Positions 37,357-48,772 of a DNA stretch of 64,000 nucleotides are shown here, one piece after another. This DNA is from Bacilli bacterium (lineage in GTDB: Bacteria > Bacillota_I > Bacilli_A > RFN20 > CAG-826). Under the pieces are notes generated by a model. It saw nothing but the letters and a program-made list of their open reading frames with translations. It ran no database searches and was not told the DNA's origin. Numbering within the stretch: the first letter of the stretch is position 1; each line of letters begins with the position of its first letter. Position numbers and translations under genes: made by a program. The stretch is taken from contig JAFUEZ010000002.1 in the NCBI GenBank assembly GCA_017470115.1, positions 49,665 to 113,664 of the forward strand, in the 5' to 3' direction.

Positions 37357-38337
37357 TTACTCTAAATTATCATAATGAAATTCATTAATAAGCTTTTTAA
37401 TCTCTTCCGTTGAAGAGCAATTTTCTGTTATTTGTTGTTTAAGTTTTCTTATTTCTGCACCTGGAAACATATTGAAAAATTTTGGAGCCTCACCTTTTAA
37501 AATTGGTAATGCGTGTTTTTCTTCTTTTTCTTTTACAAGCAAATCCATAAAATCAAAGAGGAATTTCTTTTGTTTCTCGAATGTTGTTTGCTCATATTCT
37601 TCACCATTAAGTGCTGCATTAATATTTTTAATTAATAGTGGGTTCCCTTCTCCGCCTCTAGCAACAAGAACAGCGTCTGCTTTTGTAATTTCAAGAGCCT
37701 TCATCGCGTCGTGAACTGTATAAATATTTCCACTTACTCCAAAAGGAATTTTAATTATATTTTTTAAATCTTTTATTTCTTCAAATCGAGGTGTCCCGGA
37801 GTATAATTCTTTCTTTGTTCTTGCATGAACCATAATGAAGCTTACTCCAGCTTTTTCTAACGTTTTGCATGTATCATAAACGTTTACTTCGTCATATCCT
37901 AATCTGATCTTTGCTGAGACCGGTTTTTTAGACTTTTTAACCACAGCAGAAACCATGTCAAAAAGTTCGTTTTGATCCAATAACCGCCTAGAACCCCCAT
38001 TATTTTTTGTAACTTTAGGTACTGGGCATGCCAAATTCAAATCTAAAATATCGTAATTAATCTTATGTTCCTCAAGTACATCAATTGCTTTTAAAAGTGT
38101 CTCTTTTGTTCCTCCGAAAAGTTGCAAACCAAGAGGTGCATCATCTCTGTTTGAATAACACATTTCTAAAGTTCTTTTGTTTCCGTAATTTAGTCCACAA
38201 TCGCTTATCATTTCTGTGTATGTTAAAGCACACCCAAAAGGCTTCATGAATTTTCTATAAGAAAAAGAAGTTACCCCAGCCATTGGGGCCAAGATAACTC
38301 TTCCTTTTATTTCGATGTTTCCGATGTAGAAACTCAT
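37357..38337 (-). CDS. dus: tRNA-dihydrouridine synthase.
   Basis: The N-terminus (LAPMAGVTSFSYRKF...) is typical of Dus and of the TIM-barrel flavoenzyme fold. Confidence 0.85.
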   Translation of the reverse strand: MSFYIGNIEIKGRVILAPMAGVTSFSYRKFMKPFGCALTYTEMISDCGLNYGNKRTLEMCYSNRDDAPLGLQLFGGTKETLLKAIDVLEEHKINYDILDLNLACPVPKVTKNNGGSRRLLDQNELFDMVSAVVKKSKKPVSAKIRLGYDEVNVYDTCKTLEKAGVSFIMVHARTKKELYSGTPRFEEIKDLKNIIKIPFGVSGNIYTVHDAMKALEITKADAVLVARGGEGNPLLIKNINAALNGEEYEQTTFEKQKKFLFDFMDLLVKEKEEKHALPILKGEAPKFFNMFPGAEIRKLKQQITENCSSTEEIKKLINEFHYDNLE

Positions 38338-40430
38338 TCTTCTGCTTTAACTTCCTCTTTAGAAACTGAAGATTCTTCTTTCTTTTCTTCAGTATTTTCT
38401 GCTTTAGTCTCGTTGCCGTTTAAAATTGTTTGAGAACTTCCGGCGGATTCTTTTTGAGATACTGATTCTTCAGGAAGTTTTCTATGTTCTAATAAGTAAC
38501 CGATTTCTTCTTCGGTAATTGTATCGTGTTCAAGTAATGTTTCAGCAATTAAAATAACGTCGTCTTTTCTCTCATTAACAATTTTTAAAGCTTGTTCGTG
38601 AGCGGCTTCAATAATTTTCTTAATTTCTTTATCGATTTCGTCTTGAACTCCAACTGAGAATGTCTTTTGAGAAGTATAGTCTCTTCCAAGGAAGACGCTT
38701 CCTGAATTTTTCTCGTATTGGATAGGGCCTAGTGAACTCATACCCCATTCAACAACCATTCTTCTTGCGATAACTGTCGCTCTTTCAATGTCGTTGCTTG
38801 CTCCGGTTGAAACATCTTTAAAGAAGACTTCTTCACTTGCTCTACCGCCTAATAAACCACAAATTTCAGCTTCTAGTTCACTCTTTGTGATTAAGAATCT
38901 GTCGTTTTCTGGTCCCATTAAGACGTGACCACCAGTTTGTCCTCTTGGAATAATAGTAATCTTTCTAACTTTTTCTGCGTGTTCAAGTGTTAGTCCGATT
39001 ATTGCGTGGCCAGATTCGTGATAAGCAATTTGTTTTCTTTCTTTTTCGACTAAATTCTTATTTGATTTTGCTGGACCTGCAATTCTTCTATCAACGGCTT
39101 CATCAATATCTGCCATTGAAATAAGTTCACGGTTTCCTCTAACAGCTAAAATTGCTGCTTCATTTAAGATGTTAGAAATATCAGCTCCACTGAAACCAAC
39201 TGTTCTTTTTGCTAATTGACCAAAATCAATATTGTCTTCGAATTTCTTGTTTCTAGCATGGATCTTAAATATAGCTTCTCTACCGGCTTTATCTGGTAAA
39301 TTAACAGTGATTTGTCTATCGAAACGACCTGCTCTTAATAAAGCTGGGTCGAGAACATCAGCTCTATTTGTTGCTGCGATAATTATTACACCAGAGTTTT
39401 CTTCAAAACCATCAAGCTCAACAAGTAATTGGTTAAGTGTTTGTTCTCTTTCGTCGTTTCCACCACCTAAACCAGCGCCTCTTTGTCTACCAACTGCATC
39501 AATTTCATCGATGAAAACAACACAAGGTGCATTTTGTTTGGCGTTTTTAAATAAGTCTCTAACTCTTCCTGCACCAGCTCCAACGAACATTTCAACGAAA
39601 TCAGATCCTGAAATTGAGAAGAAAGGAACTCCAACTTCTCCAGCAACCGCTTTTGCTAATAGCGTTTTACCTGTTCCTGGAGGGCCAACAAGCAAGAAAC
39701 CCTTTGGTAATTTAGCACCACATTTTGTATATTTCTTTGGATTCTTTAAATAATCACAAAGCTCCATCATTTCGGCTTTTTCTTCATCACAACCAGCAAC
39801 ATCTGCAAATTTGACCTTTGAATCATCAATTCTTCTTGCTTTTGATTTTGTAAAATCAAGTGCTGCTTGATTTCCGCCGGCAGTATTCATCAACATTCTA
39901 AATAAGAAGATTGCGATAACTACAGTGACACCAACAGTAATAATTGTAGGCAACCATGATAAGAATGCGTTTTCTTGATATTCTTTTGAATCAAAACCAA
40001 TGTTATCTTTATATTTTACGTAATCAGACTTAGTTGCTGAATTTGCGATTTGATTAATGATAGCTTCAGCAATGGTATATTCGCCTGTTGATGTATGAAT
40101 TGGAATGTTGTTATAGTCTTCAAGAATAAAAGTTGTATAGAAACTTTCAATTTTGATTGTTCCGCTAGAATTGTTAGCGACATTCATATATAGGGTAACT
40201 TGATTACCTCTTAAATTTGCCTCAGCAGCAAGGATGTCTTTTTCTGCGTTTGCGTCATCGACATCGCTTTGAATAAGTTGAACAGCCTCAGAAGTTGATA
40301 TTTGTTTATATCTTTGGTTGGCTTGATTAAAAATAAAGTAAACTAAAAAGCCTAAAAGTACGGCTATAATCACATAGACAAAATAACCATATATTCGTGA
40401 ACCTTTTCTTTTTCCATTTTTGTTGTCCAT
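38334..40430 (-). CDS. ftsH: ATP-dependent zinc metalloprotease FtsH.
   Basis: The Walker A motif is GPPGTGKT, the second region of homology (SRH) is present, and the zinc-binding motif is HESGHA. Confidence 0.95.
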   Translation of the reverse strand: MDNKNGKRKGSRIYGYFVYVIIAVLLGFLVYFIFNQANQRYKQISTSEAVQLIQSDVDDANAEKDILAAEANLRGNQVTLYMNVANNSSGTIKIESFYTTFILEDYNNIPIHTSTGEYTIAEAIINQIANSATKSDYVKYKDNIGFDSKEYQENAFLSWLPTIITVGVTVVIAIFLFRMLMNTAGGNQAALDFTKSKARRIDDSKVKFADVAGCDEEKAEMMELCDYLKNPKKYTKCGAKLPKGFLLVGPPGTGKTLLAKAVAGEVGVPFFSISGSDFVEMFVGAGAGRVRDLFKNAKQNAPCVVFIDEIDAVGRQRGAGLGGGNDEREQTLNQLLVELDGFEENSGVIIIAATNRADVLDPALLRAGRFDRQITVNLPDKAGREAIFKIHARNKKFEDNIDFGQLAKRTVGFSGADISNILNEAAILAVRGNRELISMADIDEAVDRRIAGPAKSNKNLVEKERKQIAYHESGHAIIGLTLEHAEKVRKITIIPRGQTGGHVLMGPENDRFLITKSELEAEICGLLGGRASEEVFFKDVSTGASNDIERATVIARRMVVEWGMSSLGPIQYEKNSGSVFLGRDYTSQKTFSVGVQDEIDKEIKKIIEAAHEQALKIVNERKDDVILIAETLLEHDTITEEEIGYLLEHRKLPEESVSQKESAGSSQTILNGNETKAENTEEKKEESSVSKEEVKAEE

Positions 40431-40564
40431 GTTTTCTCCTTTCTTCTCCTTTTGTGGGTTTTAGAGAGTTAATATAATTTTATATTAATAGATAAAATAA
40501 ACAATGAAATTTGCTCAAAAATCGTCTTTTTTTGATAAACTTTAATTTTTATTTAATTTAAAAA

Positions 40565-41791
40565 TTACTTTTCAAGTTTTCCTAAATCAAATTGAATCAG
40601 TCCTTTCGATTTTTCTTTGCCGCTTTCGTAGCGAGGAACATATAAAAGTTTTCCATTTTTTCCATATATGCCTGGCCGGACTTTTCTGATTGAAAGAGGC
40701 ACTTTCCAAGAAATAAATTGGCGATTAACTGAAAGTGTCTTGCCGTTCATTTCATATTTCTCTTTAGTGTTAACTGGTTTAATGGTTAGTGGAAATTTGC
40801 CCTTAAATAGATATGCATTTTTATTTGAAAGGTCGATTTTAAAAATTGGGTTTACATTTCTAAGATCGATTGTCTCTAAATAGTTTTGTGCTTTTTTCTT
40901 GATTGAAATTTCTCCGTATTCAATATAAAGACTAAAATCATCGTTCAAAACTTTTTCCCAATTTTTAGTCTTTGACTCACAAACTTTCTTAATCTCGTTA
41001 GATTCTTTTAAAGAAATTTCATGAAAAACAAAAGAGCGATTCAATAATTGAATTAGCATCAAATAGAAACTTTGCTCATCATTAAATTGGCTTGAAAAAT
41101 CGTAATAATTAACTGTTCCATTAATGATAAAACTATCAATTTTAGTCAAAAAAGCCTGCAAATCTTGATTCTTTTTCAAAATTTCTTTGATTAAAATAGA
41201 TTTTTCTTCTCTTGTCATTTTATTAATTTTTTCAATTCTGATCTTGTTGCGTTTAAATACAGGGACTAAATTTGATGGGTCAATTGAATAAGGAATATTG
41301 TGCTCTTCTACATATTTAAGAAGTTCGTCTTTAGTATATAAAGTTGCAAAAGGCCTGATGATAATTGCTCCTTTATATTCGTTTCTTTCTTTAATTCCAT
41401 AATAATTAACATATCCTCTTTCTACTTGTAAGTAATATGTTTCGATGAAGTCATCAATGTGTTGAGCAATAAGGACGTTTTTAATGCCTGTTTCTTTTGC
41501 TACATTAGCAAAATAATCATAGCGAACTGTTCTTGCCCAATCTTCTTCATTTACTTTCTTTGGCATATGAGTTTCTAGAACGTGTAACTTAACGTTGTGA
41601 TTCTTGCAGAACTCTCTAATTCCATTTTCATCATCATTTGCCTGTTCTAAAATATGGTAGTTCACGTGAACAACTTCAAAATAAATATTTTCTTCTAAAA
41701 GCATGTGAAACAAAGCCATTGAATCTGGCCCATAACTACAAGCTAATAGATATTTTTCTTTATTCGTCAAGTTTGTCTGCATCTTTATCAA
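40565..41791 (-). CDS. tilS: tRNA(Ile)-lysidine synthetase.
   Basis: It carries an SYGPDSMAL PP-loop (SGGxDS variant), and its position between mfd / the S4 protein and ftsH matches Bacillus synteny. Confidence 0.8.
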   Translation of the reverse strand: MIKMQTNLTNKEKYLLACSYGPDSMALFHMLLEENIYFEVVHVNYHILEQANDDENGIREFCKNHNVKLHVLETHMPKKVNEEDWARTVRYDYFANVAKETGIKNVLIAQHIDDFIETYYLQVERGYVNYYGIKERNEYKGAIIIRPFATLYTKDELLKYVEEHNIPYSIDPSNLVPVFKRNKIRIEKINKMTREEKSILIKEILKKNQDLQAFLTKIDSFIINGTVNYYDFSSQFNDEQSFYLMLIQLLNRSFVFHEISLKESNEIKKVCESKTKNWEKVLNDDFSLYIEYGEISIKKKAQNYLETIDLRNVNPIFKIDLSNKNAYLFKGKFPLTIKPVNTKEKYEMNGKTLSVNRQFISWKVPLSIRKVRPGIYGKNGKLLYVPRYESGKEKSKGLIQFDLGKLEK

Positions 41792-42041
41792 TAATTTTAT
41801 CTTCTAATATTTCGTATAAGTCGTGGCTTTCTTCTTTTTTTACAACATTAGCAATTCTTAAGACTTTTACCGTAAGTTCGTGCCTTCCTAAAGGCAAAAC
41901 AATAATATCGTTTTCATTAATTTCACTCGATGGTTTAGCTACTTTTCCGTTAATTGTAAAAATTCCTCTATCCAAGAGTCCCTTGGCTACAGTTCTTCTT
42001 TTAATTAGCCTTGTTAATTTTAAATATTTATCAATCCTCAT
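41760..42041 (-). CDS. S4-domain RNA-binding protein (YabO/Hsp15-like).
   Basis: The S4 motif is MRIDKYLKLTRLIKRRTVAKGLLDRGIFTINGKVAKPS. It overlaps both flanking genes, as yabO does. Confidence 0.75.
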   Translation of the reverse strand: MRIDKYLKLTRLIKRRTVAKGLLDRGIFTINGKVAKPSSEINENDIIVLPLGRHELTVKVLRIANVVKKEESHDLYEILEDKIIDKDADKLDE

Positions 42042-45000
42042 TTATATGTGTTGCCTTTCTTTTTGACATGTAAACTTTATGAACGATTCTTAAAACGCTA
42101 GTAAGGGTTTGGATCCACTCTTCATCCTTATTTATAGAAATATGGATTAAATGATTTCTATAAGCCATTTTAATTCTATTTGTATATTGAATTAAAGCGG
42201 TAAACAAAGCTGTGCCGATGCCATTTAATTCAGAGAAACAATCTGCGAGAATTATCTCTACAAACTTATTGTAATCTAAAAATTCTTTAAATTCTTCAAA
42301 TGTGAGATAAATATCGATGGCGCGTTTAACAAAAATTCCTTTTGTGCTTTCTGGTAAATTACCAAATTGATCTTTTAAGTCTCTTTCTAAAACAGCAAGC
42401 TGATCAAGCGTTGTCGTAGATACAATTTTTTGGTAAATTTCGATTTTTTCTTCGGAATTAGCAAAGTTTTTTGGAATAAATGCAGTAATTTGCGAAACTT
42501 GATTTGTCTTTTTTGCAACTTCTTTTGCTTTACCCTCTTGCTTTTCTTTTATGGTTTCATTGAGTAATCTGATATACATATCAATACCAACAGAATCTAT
42601 AAATCCAGCTTGCTCAGGACCTAAAATGTCACCAGCTCCTCTAATCAAAAGATCTCTTTGCGCGATTTTATATCCACTTCCTAGTTCGGTGAAATCTTGA
42701 ATTGCTTTTAATCTCTTTTTTGCCTCTTCATTTAACTTTTTATTTTCTTTAATAGTTAAATAAGCAAAAGCAATTCTATCTCCTCTACCAACTCTACCCT
42801 TAATTTGATAAAGTTGCGATAGACCGAACTTGTCAGCGTTTTCTACAATTAACAAATTTGCATTTCTAACATCAATTCCGTTCTCGATTATTGTTGTAGC
42901 AAGCAATATATCAACATTGCCTTCATAGAAATCATTCATGACATTATCAATGTCTTCTTTATCCATTTTTGCGTGAATAATCGCGATTTTTGCGTTTGGT
43001 AACAAGCGTTGTAATTTCAATGCTTTGTTATAAATAGTTGCAATTTCATTATAAACATAGAAAACTTGACCTTGTCTTCCTAATTCCCTGCTAATTATTT
43101 CTTTTATTGCGTTCTCATCATAGTTAATAACATATGTTTGAACTGGCATTCTGCCTTCTGGAGCAGTTTCAATTGTAGAGATGTTTTTAAGGCCAATTAA
43201 TGAACTTTGAAGTGTTCTAGGAATAGGTGTTGCGCTTAAAGTCAAAACATCAATATTAGTATAAAGTTCTTTGATTTTTTCTTTTTGTTCAACACCAAAT
43301 CTTTGCTCTTCATCTATAATCAAAAGACCTAAATTTTTAAACTGAATAGTCTTAGATAAAAGCTTGTGTGTTCCTATCAAAATGTCCGTTTTCCCTGCAG
43401 AAACCAACTCTTTTATTTGTTTTTCATCTGAAGGAGTGTTCATTCTTGTAAGAATTTTAATGCTTACTGGGAAGTCTTTAAATCTCTCTAAAGCGACTTT
43501 GTAATGTTGATTTGCAAGGATAGTTGTTGGACACAAGAAACAAACTTGTTTGCCACTCAAAACTGCCTTCATTGCTGCTTCCAATGCGACTTCGGTTTTT
43601 CCAAATCCAACATCTCCACAGAGCAATCTATCCATTGGAGCAGACGATTCCATATCGCTTTTGATTTCGTTCAAAGACTTTTCTTGATCTTTTGTTAATG
43701 TGTGTTCAAAACTTATTTCAAATTCTTTTTGAAGATCGTCGTCTTTTGAAAAAGCAAAGCCTTGGACTTTGGCTCTTTCTTGATAAAGACTCAATAATCT
43801 ATCTGCAAGATCATTTATTCTTTCTTTAATCTTCTTTTTGGTTTTTTCCCATTGTTTTGAATTTAAATTATTAAGTCTTGGGCTCGCTCCTTCTTTACCT
43901 GCATATTTTCTTATTAAATTGAATTGATATAAAGGAACATATAATTTATCGTCATTAGCGTAAATTATCTCGATATAATCGTTTTTTACACCATTTAAAT
44001 CGACTGTCTCAATTTTAGAGAATTTGCCTATTCCGTATTTTTCATGAACAACATACTCTCCAGGCTCCAATTCTTCGTAAGATTCAATAATTTTGCCTTC
44101 TTTAAATTTAGTTGAGTAAGTTGAAAGATGATTTTTCTCTTTAAAAATGTCTTTTGAAGAAAGTACGACCAATTTTTCTTTAGTAAATTCGTAAGAAAAG
44201 GCAAAATCTTTTACCATCAAAGAAACTCTGGTGTTTTCGCTGATGTTGAAGTCATCAGTAAGTGTATATTCTTCTTTAATTTCTTCAAGTATTCGAGTGA
44301 TTTTGGTTTTTTGTGTATCGTCCTGTGCAACAAGCAGAATTTTATATCCTTGTACCAAATAATATTCGATCAAATTTCTTGCATTCTCAGTTTTGAAATT
44401 AAAATCGCTAATTGCTCTTAATGGTATTGATGTATCGTTTTTATCTAAATAGAAAGAGTTCAAAATATAAAGCTTGTTTTGCTTTGTAAATAGGTCGGCT
44501 CTTTCGTTAAAGTATTCAAGATGAGATATGCATTTATTATCAGCTTGAAGTTCTAGAAGGAATTTTCTAGATTCGTTTAATAGTGCTTCTTTTGATTTTT
44601 CAAAATCGTCTTTTGAAGAAATAATTATTGAATAATTCTCTAAAAAATCAACTAAATTTGTGTGAAAACCCTGCAAAAACCCAATATATTTATAGTTTTT
44701 GAAAGAAATTACGCCTTGTTCTATTTGCTCTAAATCTAGATTTACGTTAGCTTGAAGCTCTTCTTTTTGTGCATCATTTTTATTAATTAAATCTTTTTTG
44801 AGCTGGTTTATAATTCTGTTTTTAGCGCCTTCAATTTCTTCCTTTGAAAGGACGTCGATTGTTGCTGGAATGATTTTACATTCTTTTATTTTTTCAGTAC
44901 TAATTTGTGTTTCAATATCAAACAATCTGATTGACTCAATCTCGTTATCAAAGAATTCAATACGTAATGGCTTGTCATAATTTAAAGAAAATACGTCTAT

Positions 45001-45519
45001 AATTTCACCACGAGAAGCATATTCTAATGATTGATCGATTTTTGAGACCTTAATATAGCCGAGACTAGCCAATTTTCTTCTTAAATCTTCAATTTCAATG
45101 ATGTCACCCACTTTTAAATTGATAAAAAGTGAGTCAAAATTTTCAATTGAAGGATAAAATCTTAATAGACTTGATGGGGTCAAAATTATTATCAAATGTT
45201 TGGCGTGTCTTAACCTATAAAGCCCATAAATTAATTCGCTTTTCAACTCTTTTGATTCACTTAAATATTCGACTCTAACAAAATCATTTCCAGGGAGTAA
45301 AACTATATTTTCCTTATCAATTACAGACGATAATTTTTGATATAAAATATTTGCAAAATAAGTATTTTGTGTGTAAATAGCAAGGTTTTCGGTTGAATTT
45401 TGCCGTTTTTTTAATGTTAAAAGCACTGTCCCTACAATAGGATCAACTACATATTTTTCTATTTTTGAATTATTGTTTTCCTTAAAAAATTCTAGTGCTT
45501 TTGTATATAAATTTTGCAC
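42031..45519 (-). CDS. mfd: Transcription-repair coupling factor Mfd.
   Basis: It is 1162 aa with a UvrB-homology N-terminus, an RNA-polymerase-interacting domain, superfamily-2 helicase motifs (GDVGFGKTEVA, DEEQRFGV) and a TRG motif. Confidence 0.95.
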   Translation of the reverse strand: MQNLYTKALEFFKENNNSKIEKYVVDPIVGTVLLTLKKRQNSTENLAIYTQNTYFANILYQKLSSVIDKENIVLLPGNDFVRVEYLSESKELKSELIYGLYRLRHAKHLIIILTPSSLLRFYPSIENFDSLFINLKVGDIIEIEDLRRKLASLGYIKVSKIDQSLEYASRGEIIDVFSLNYDKPLRIEFFDNEIESIRLFDIETQISTEKIKECKIIPATIDVLSKEEIEGAKNRIINQLKKDLINKNDAQKEELQANVNLDLEQIEQGVISFKNYKYIGFLQGFHTNLVDFLENYSIIISSKDDFEKSKEALLNESRKFLLELQADNKCISHLEYFNERADLFTKQNKLYILNSFYLDKNDTSIPLRAISDFNFKTENARNLIEYYLVQGYKILLVAQDDTQKTKITRILEEIKEEYTLTDDFNISENTRVSLMVKDFAFSYEFTKEKLVVLSSKDIFKEKNHLSTYSTKFKEGKIIESYEELEPGEYVVHEKYGIGKFSKIETVDLNGVKNDYIEIIYANDDKLYVPLYQFNLIRKYAGKEGASPRLNNLNSKQWEKTKKKIKERINDLADRLLSLYQERAKVQGFAFSKDDDLQKEFEISFEHTLTKDQEKSLNEIKSDMESSAPMDRLLCGDVGFGKTEVALEAAMKAVLSGKQVCFLCPTTILANQHYKVALERFKDFPVSIKILTRMNTPSDEKQIKELVSAGKTDILIGTHKLLSKTIQFKNLGLLIIDEEQRFGVEQKEKIKELYTNIDVLTLSATPIPRTLQSSLIGLKNISTIETAPEGRMPVQTYVINYDENAIKEIISRELGRQGQVFYVYNEIATIYNKALKLQRLLPNAKIAIIHAKMDKEDIDNVMNDFYEGNVDILLATTIIENGIDVRNANLLIVENADKFGLSQLYQIKGRVGRGDRIAFAYLTIKENKKLNEEAKKRLKAIQDFTELGSGYKIAQRDLLIRGAGDILGPEQAGFIDSVGIDMYIRLLNETIKEKQEGKAKEVAKKTNQVSQITAFIPKNFANSEEKIEIYQKIVSTTTLDQLAVLERDLKDQFGNLPESTKGIFVKRAIDIYLTFEEFKEFLDYNKFVEIILADCFSELNGIGTALFTALIQYTNRIKMAYRNHLIHISINKDEEWIQTLTSVLRIVHKVYMSKRKATHINED
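44663..44686 (-). repeat. Copy of the recurring motif inside the mfd coding sequence (ATTGGGTTTTTGCAGGGTTTTCAC, encoding IGFLQGFH).
   Basis: It matches the intergenic consensus exactly but lies inside a gene. Confidence 0.4.
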
Positions 45520-45528
45520 ATTTATTCC

Positions 45529-46083
45529 TCATTTATTATAAATTGTCATTGCTTTATTAAAACTTTCTTTAATTGCGATTTTTAATGCATCGACTGCGTT
45601 GTTTTGTGCTTCTTGTAAGAAGGCTTCATCTTCTTTAGATGGCTTTGTTAAGACATAATCGATGACGTCGTGTTCTGCTTTTCCTATTCCTACCTTTATT
45701 CGTTTAAACTCATCTGTTCCAATTGAATTTATAATTGATTTTATTCCGTTGTGTCCGCCGCTTGACCCTTTAATTTTTAATTTCAAATGGCCGACAGGTA
45801 TGTCCATATCATCAAACACTACTATCATGTCATCAATTGATATCTTGAAAAAATTCAAAACTTGGACTACAGATTCTCCACTTAAATTCATATAAGTTTG
45901 TGGTTTTAAAATAATTATGTCGTGATCAAAATATTTCGCTTTTGCATATATCCCCTTGAATCCTTCTCGATCAAAAGAGACTCCTAACGAATCTGCGAAC
46001 TTATCTACTACATCAAACCCCATGTTATGGTGGGTATGTGCGTATTCTCTTCCTGGATTTCCTAAACCAACAACTAAAATCAT
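45529..46083 (-). CDS. pth: Peptidyl-tRNA hydrolase.
   Basis: The N-terminus MILVVGLGNPGREYAHTHHNMGF and a length of 184 aa are typical. Confidence 0.9.
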   Translation of the reverse strand: MILVVGLGNPGREYAHTHHNMGFDVVDKFADSLGVSFDREGFKGIYAKAKYFDHDIIILKPQTYMNLSGESVVQVLNFFKISIDDMIVVFDDMDIPVGHLKLKIKGSSGGHNGIKSIINSIGTDEFKRIKVGIGKAEHDVIDYVLTKPSKEDEAFLQEAQNNAVDALKIAIKESFNKAMTIYNK

Positions 46084-46295
46084 ATAAATAATTATAAATG
46101 ATTATTCTTCGTTTTTCTTTTAAAATTCTCATTTTTTGCCGCCTTCATATAATATAAAGAGTTTGACAAGGCAATTTTTCCGAAAAATTTGATATTTAGA
46201 TTGAAATTACAATGTTTATTTAAGAATATTGCACAAATCGATAACCTTACTAAAAGTCAAAGAAATATAAACTTATTTAAATTCATATTCTTTTT

Positions 46296-46316
46296 TGATT
46301 GACAATTTTGTCAACC
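46296..46316 (+). promoter_or_regulatory. Sigma-A-like promoter with a perfect palindrome TTGACAATTTTGTCAA overlapping the -35 element; putative TetR operator.
   Basis: TTGACA, then 17 nt, then TACTAT, then the ATG of the TetR gene. The palindrome is 7+7 bp with a 2-3 nt centre. Coordinates are accurate to about 2 nt. Confidence 0.5.
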
Positions 46317-46333
46317 AAAAATACTATATTTCT

Positions 46334-46945
46334 ATGCCTAGAACTTTTAAAGAAAACGAAAAAATTAAAGAAGAACGTAGAAACAGGATTTTAGATATCA
46401 GCCTAAAGCTTTTTGCTAATTTAGGTTATGAAAACGTTTCTATGGATATGATTGCTAAAAAAGCTAAGTGCTCACACGGCTTAATGTATCATTATTTTAA
46501 GGACAAAAACGAGATAATAATCGCACATTACGAAACTATTAAAGACATTCTTTGTAAAGATGTTCATGAAATAATGGACAATAATGAACCAGGAAAAGAT
46601 TTCATTTTAAGTATTTTTAAGCTTTTAATAAATTACATTAATAAGAATACGCAATCAGCTTATTATATTTATCTATTTTCTGATCGTGTTTTGGATAATT
46701 TCACTAATGATATTTTTAAAATTACATTTGATAAAGAAGTGGATAGATATTTTAAAGATTCTCTTAAAAAAGAATATGGCATCGTAGATATAACTAGAAA
46801 TAAACATTTAGTTCAATCTTTCTTGCTTTATGTTTCTTTTGTTAAGTCGCTTGCAGAAGATAAAATTAAGTATTCTAAGGTTCTTTCTAAGGATTATGAT
46901 TATACTCCAATTCTCCTTACTTTCTTAGAGAAAGGAGATAAATAA
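46334..46945 (+). CDS. TetR-family transcriptional regulator. The start has been moved to the first ATG; the track start is a TTG lying inside the promoter palindrome.
   Basis: The helix-turn-helix reads MDMIAKKAKCSHGLMYHYFKDKNEI. Confidence 0.75.
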   Translation: MPRTFKENEKIKEERRNRILDISLKLFANLGYENVSMDMIAKKAKCSHGLMYHYFKDKNEIIIAHYETIKDILCKDVHEIMDNNEPGKDFILSIFKLLINYINKNTQSAYYIYLFSDRVLDNFTNDIFKITFDKEVDRYFKDSLKKEYGIVDITRNKHLVQSFLLYVSFVKSLAEDKIKYSKVLSKDYDYTPILLTFLEKGDK

Positions 46946-46947
46946 AT

Positions 46948-48771
46948 ATGTTAAAATTACTTAAATTTGTATTTAATAAATGGTATTTTTTACTCCTTAC
47001 AGCCATATCTATTATAGGTCAATGTTACTTACAGCTTATGCTTCCTGAATATATGGGTAAAATTACTTCCCTTATAATGTCAGATGCAGAAGATAAAATA
47101 ACTCAAATTTGGATCAATGGTGGGTGGATGATGCTCATCTCTGTTGGGGTAATCATATGTTGTATTTCTCAACATTTTTTCGGTGCTAGAGTCTCTTCAT
47201 ATGTTGGTAAAACTTTAAGAGAAAGAGTCTTTAAAAAGGTAAATTCTTTATCAATTACTCAATTTGATAGCTTTGGAACGGCTACCTTAATTACTAGAAC
47301 AACCAACGATATCGAGCAAGTTAAAATGTATGTTTTGATGTCTTTAAGAATCGTTTTTATGTCTCCTACATACATGATAATCGGCTTAATTAAGACTCTT
47401 ACAGCTGATGCAAAACTAGCTATTGTTTTAGCAATTACTATTCCAATTATCCTTGTTGGAGTTATCATAATGGTTGCTGTGACAACCCCAATGTTTAAAA
47501 AGATTCAAACCAAAACTGACAATTTAACCGTAGTTCTGCGAGGTAATTTAACAGGAATCAGGGTTATTCGTGCTTACAACCAACAAGAAAAAGAAGTGAA
47601 TAAATTTGATTTTGCAAATAAAGATCTTACAAAGACACACGCAAAGGTTTCGCGTTTCCTTTCTTTTTTAAATCCTATTACTAATATAATTTTTAACCTT
47701 GCTTATATAGGAATATTTGCTCTAGGTTTTTCAATTATCGATGGCAGTAATTTAATAACTAACGGCACTGTAATTCAAGAAACAATCACTAACGTTTCTG
47801 TTACAGCTCAATATTCAACTCAAATTATGTCTTCCTTCTTAATGTTAGCGATGATTATAATTATGCTTCCTCAAGCCCTTGCTTCATCAAATCGTATCAA
47901 CGAAGTTTTAAATCTTGAAGATCCAATTAATGATAACGAATTAGATAAAGAAATTAACGAAGAATTTATCGCCAGAAAGGCGAAAGGCGTATTAAAATTC
48001 GATAATGTAAGTTTTACATATCCTGGAAGCAGTGTTCCAGCTATCTCAAACATCAGTTTTGAAACAAAACCTGGCAAAACTGTTGCTATTATTGGCTCTA
48101 CTGGTTCTGGAAAATCGACTGTTGTAAATCTTATTCCTAGACTTTATGACGTTAGCGAAGGTGAAATCACACTTGATGGTTTTAATATTAAAAATATTTC
48201 TACTAAAGAATTAAGAGAGGCAATCGGTTTTACCCCTCAAAAAGCACTGCTATTTAACGGAACAATTAGATCAAATATTCAATTTGGTAAAAAAGATGCT
48301 ACTGATGAAGAAATTAATAAAGCACTTGAAATTGCTCAAGCACAACACTTCATTTCAAAACTTCCTGAAGGATTAGATGCTCCTGTATCTCAAGGTGGTA
48401 AAAATTTCTCTGGTGGTCAAAAACAAAGACTCACCATCGCTAGATCAATTATTAAACAACCTGAAATTTTAATTTTTGATGATTCATTTAGCGCTTTAGA
48501 TTTCTCAACAGATGCGAAATTAAGATATGCATTAAAGCAAAATATTAAAGAATCTGCGATGGTTATCGTCGCTCAGAGGGTATCTTCTATTTTAGATGCA
48601 GATACAATTGTCGTTTTAAATGATGGGCAAATGGTTGGAAAAGGAACTCATGCGCAGCTTTTAAAATCTTGCCCTGTTTATCAAGACATAGTTAAATCTC
48701 AACTCGATCCTGAAGAAGTAGAGAAAACTATTCAAATGATGAAAGAAGCAACAAGAGAGGAGGTAAACTAA
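46948..48771 (+). CDS. ABC exporter half-transporter (TMD-NBD) with a degenerate Walker B; one subunit of a heterodimeric multidrug-type exporter.
   Basis: The Walker A is GSTGSGKST and the signature is FSGGQKQRL. The Walker B reads IFDDSFSALD, with the catalytic Glu not conserved, as in LmrC/BmrC-type degenerate sites. Confidence 0.85.
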   Translation: MLKLLKFVFNKWYFLLLTAISIIGQCYLQLMLPEYMGKITSLIMSDAEDKITQIWINGGWMMLISVGVIICCISQHFFGARVSSYVGKTLRERVFKKVNSLSITQFDSFGTATLITRTTNDIEQVKMYVLMSLRIVFMSPTYMIIGLIKTLTADAKLAIVLAITIPIILVGVIIMVAVTTPMFKKIQTKTDNLTVVLRGNLTGIRVIRAYNQQEKEVNKFDFANKDLTKTHAKVSRFLSFLNPITNIIFNLAYIGIFALGFSIIDGSNLITNGTVIQETITNVSVTAQYSTQIMSSFLMLAMIIIMLPQALASSNRINEVLNLEDPINDNELDKEINEEFIARKAKGVLKFDNVSFTYPGSSVPAISNISFETKPGKTVAIIGSTGSGKSTVVNLIPRLYDVSEGEITLDGFNIKNISTKELREAIGFTPQKALLFNGTIRSNIQFGKKDATDEEINKALEIAQAQHFISKLPEGLDAPVSQGGKNFSGGQKQRLTIARSIIKQPEILIFDDSFSALDFSTDAKLRYALKQNIKESAMVIVAQRVSSILDADTIVVLNDGQMVGKGTHAQLLKSCPVYQDIVKSQLDPEEVEKTIQMMKEATREEVN

Positions 48772-48772
48772 T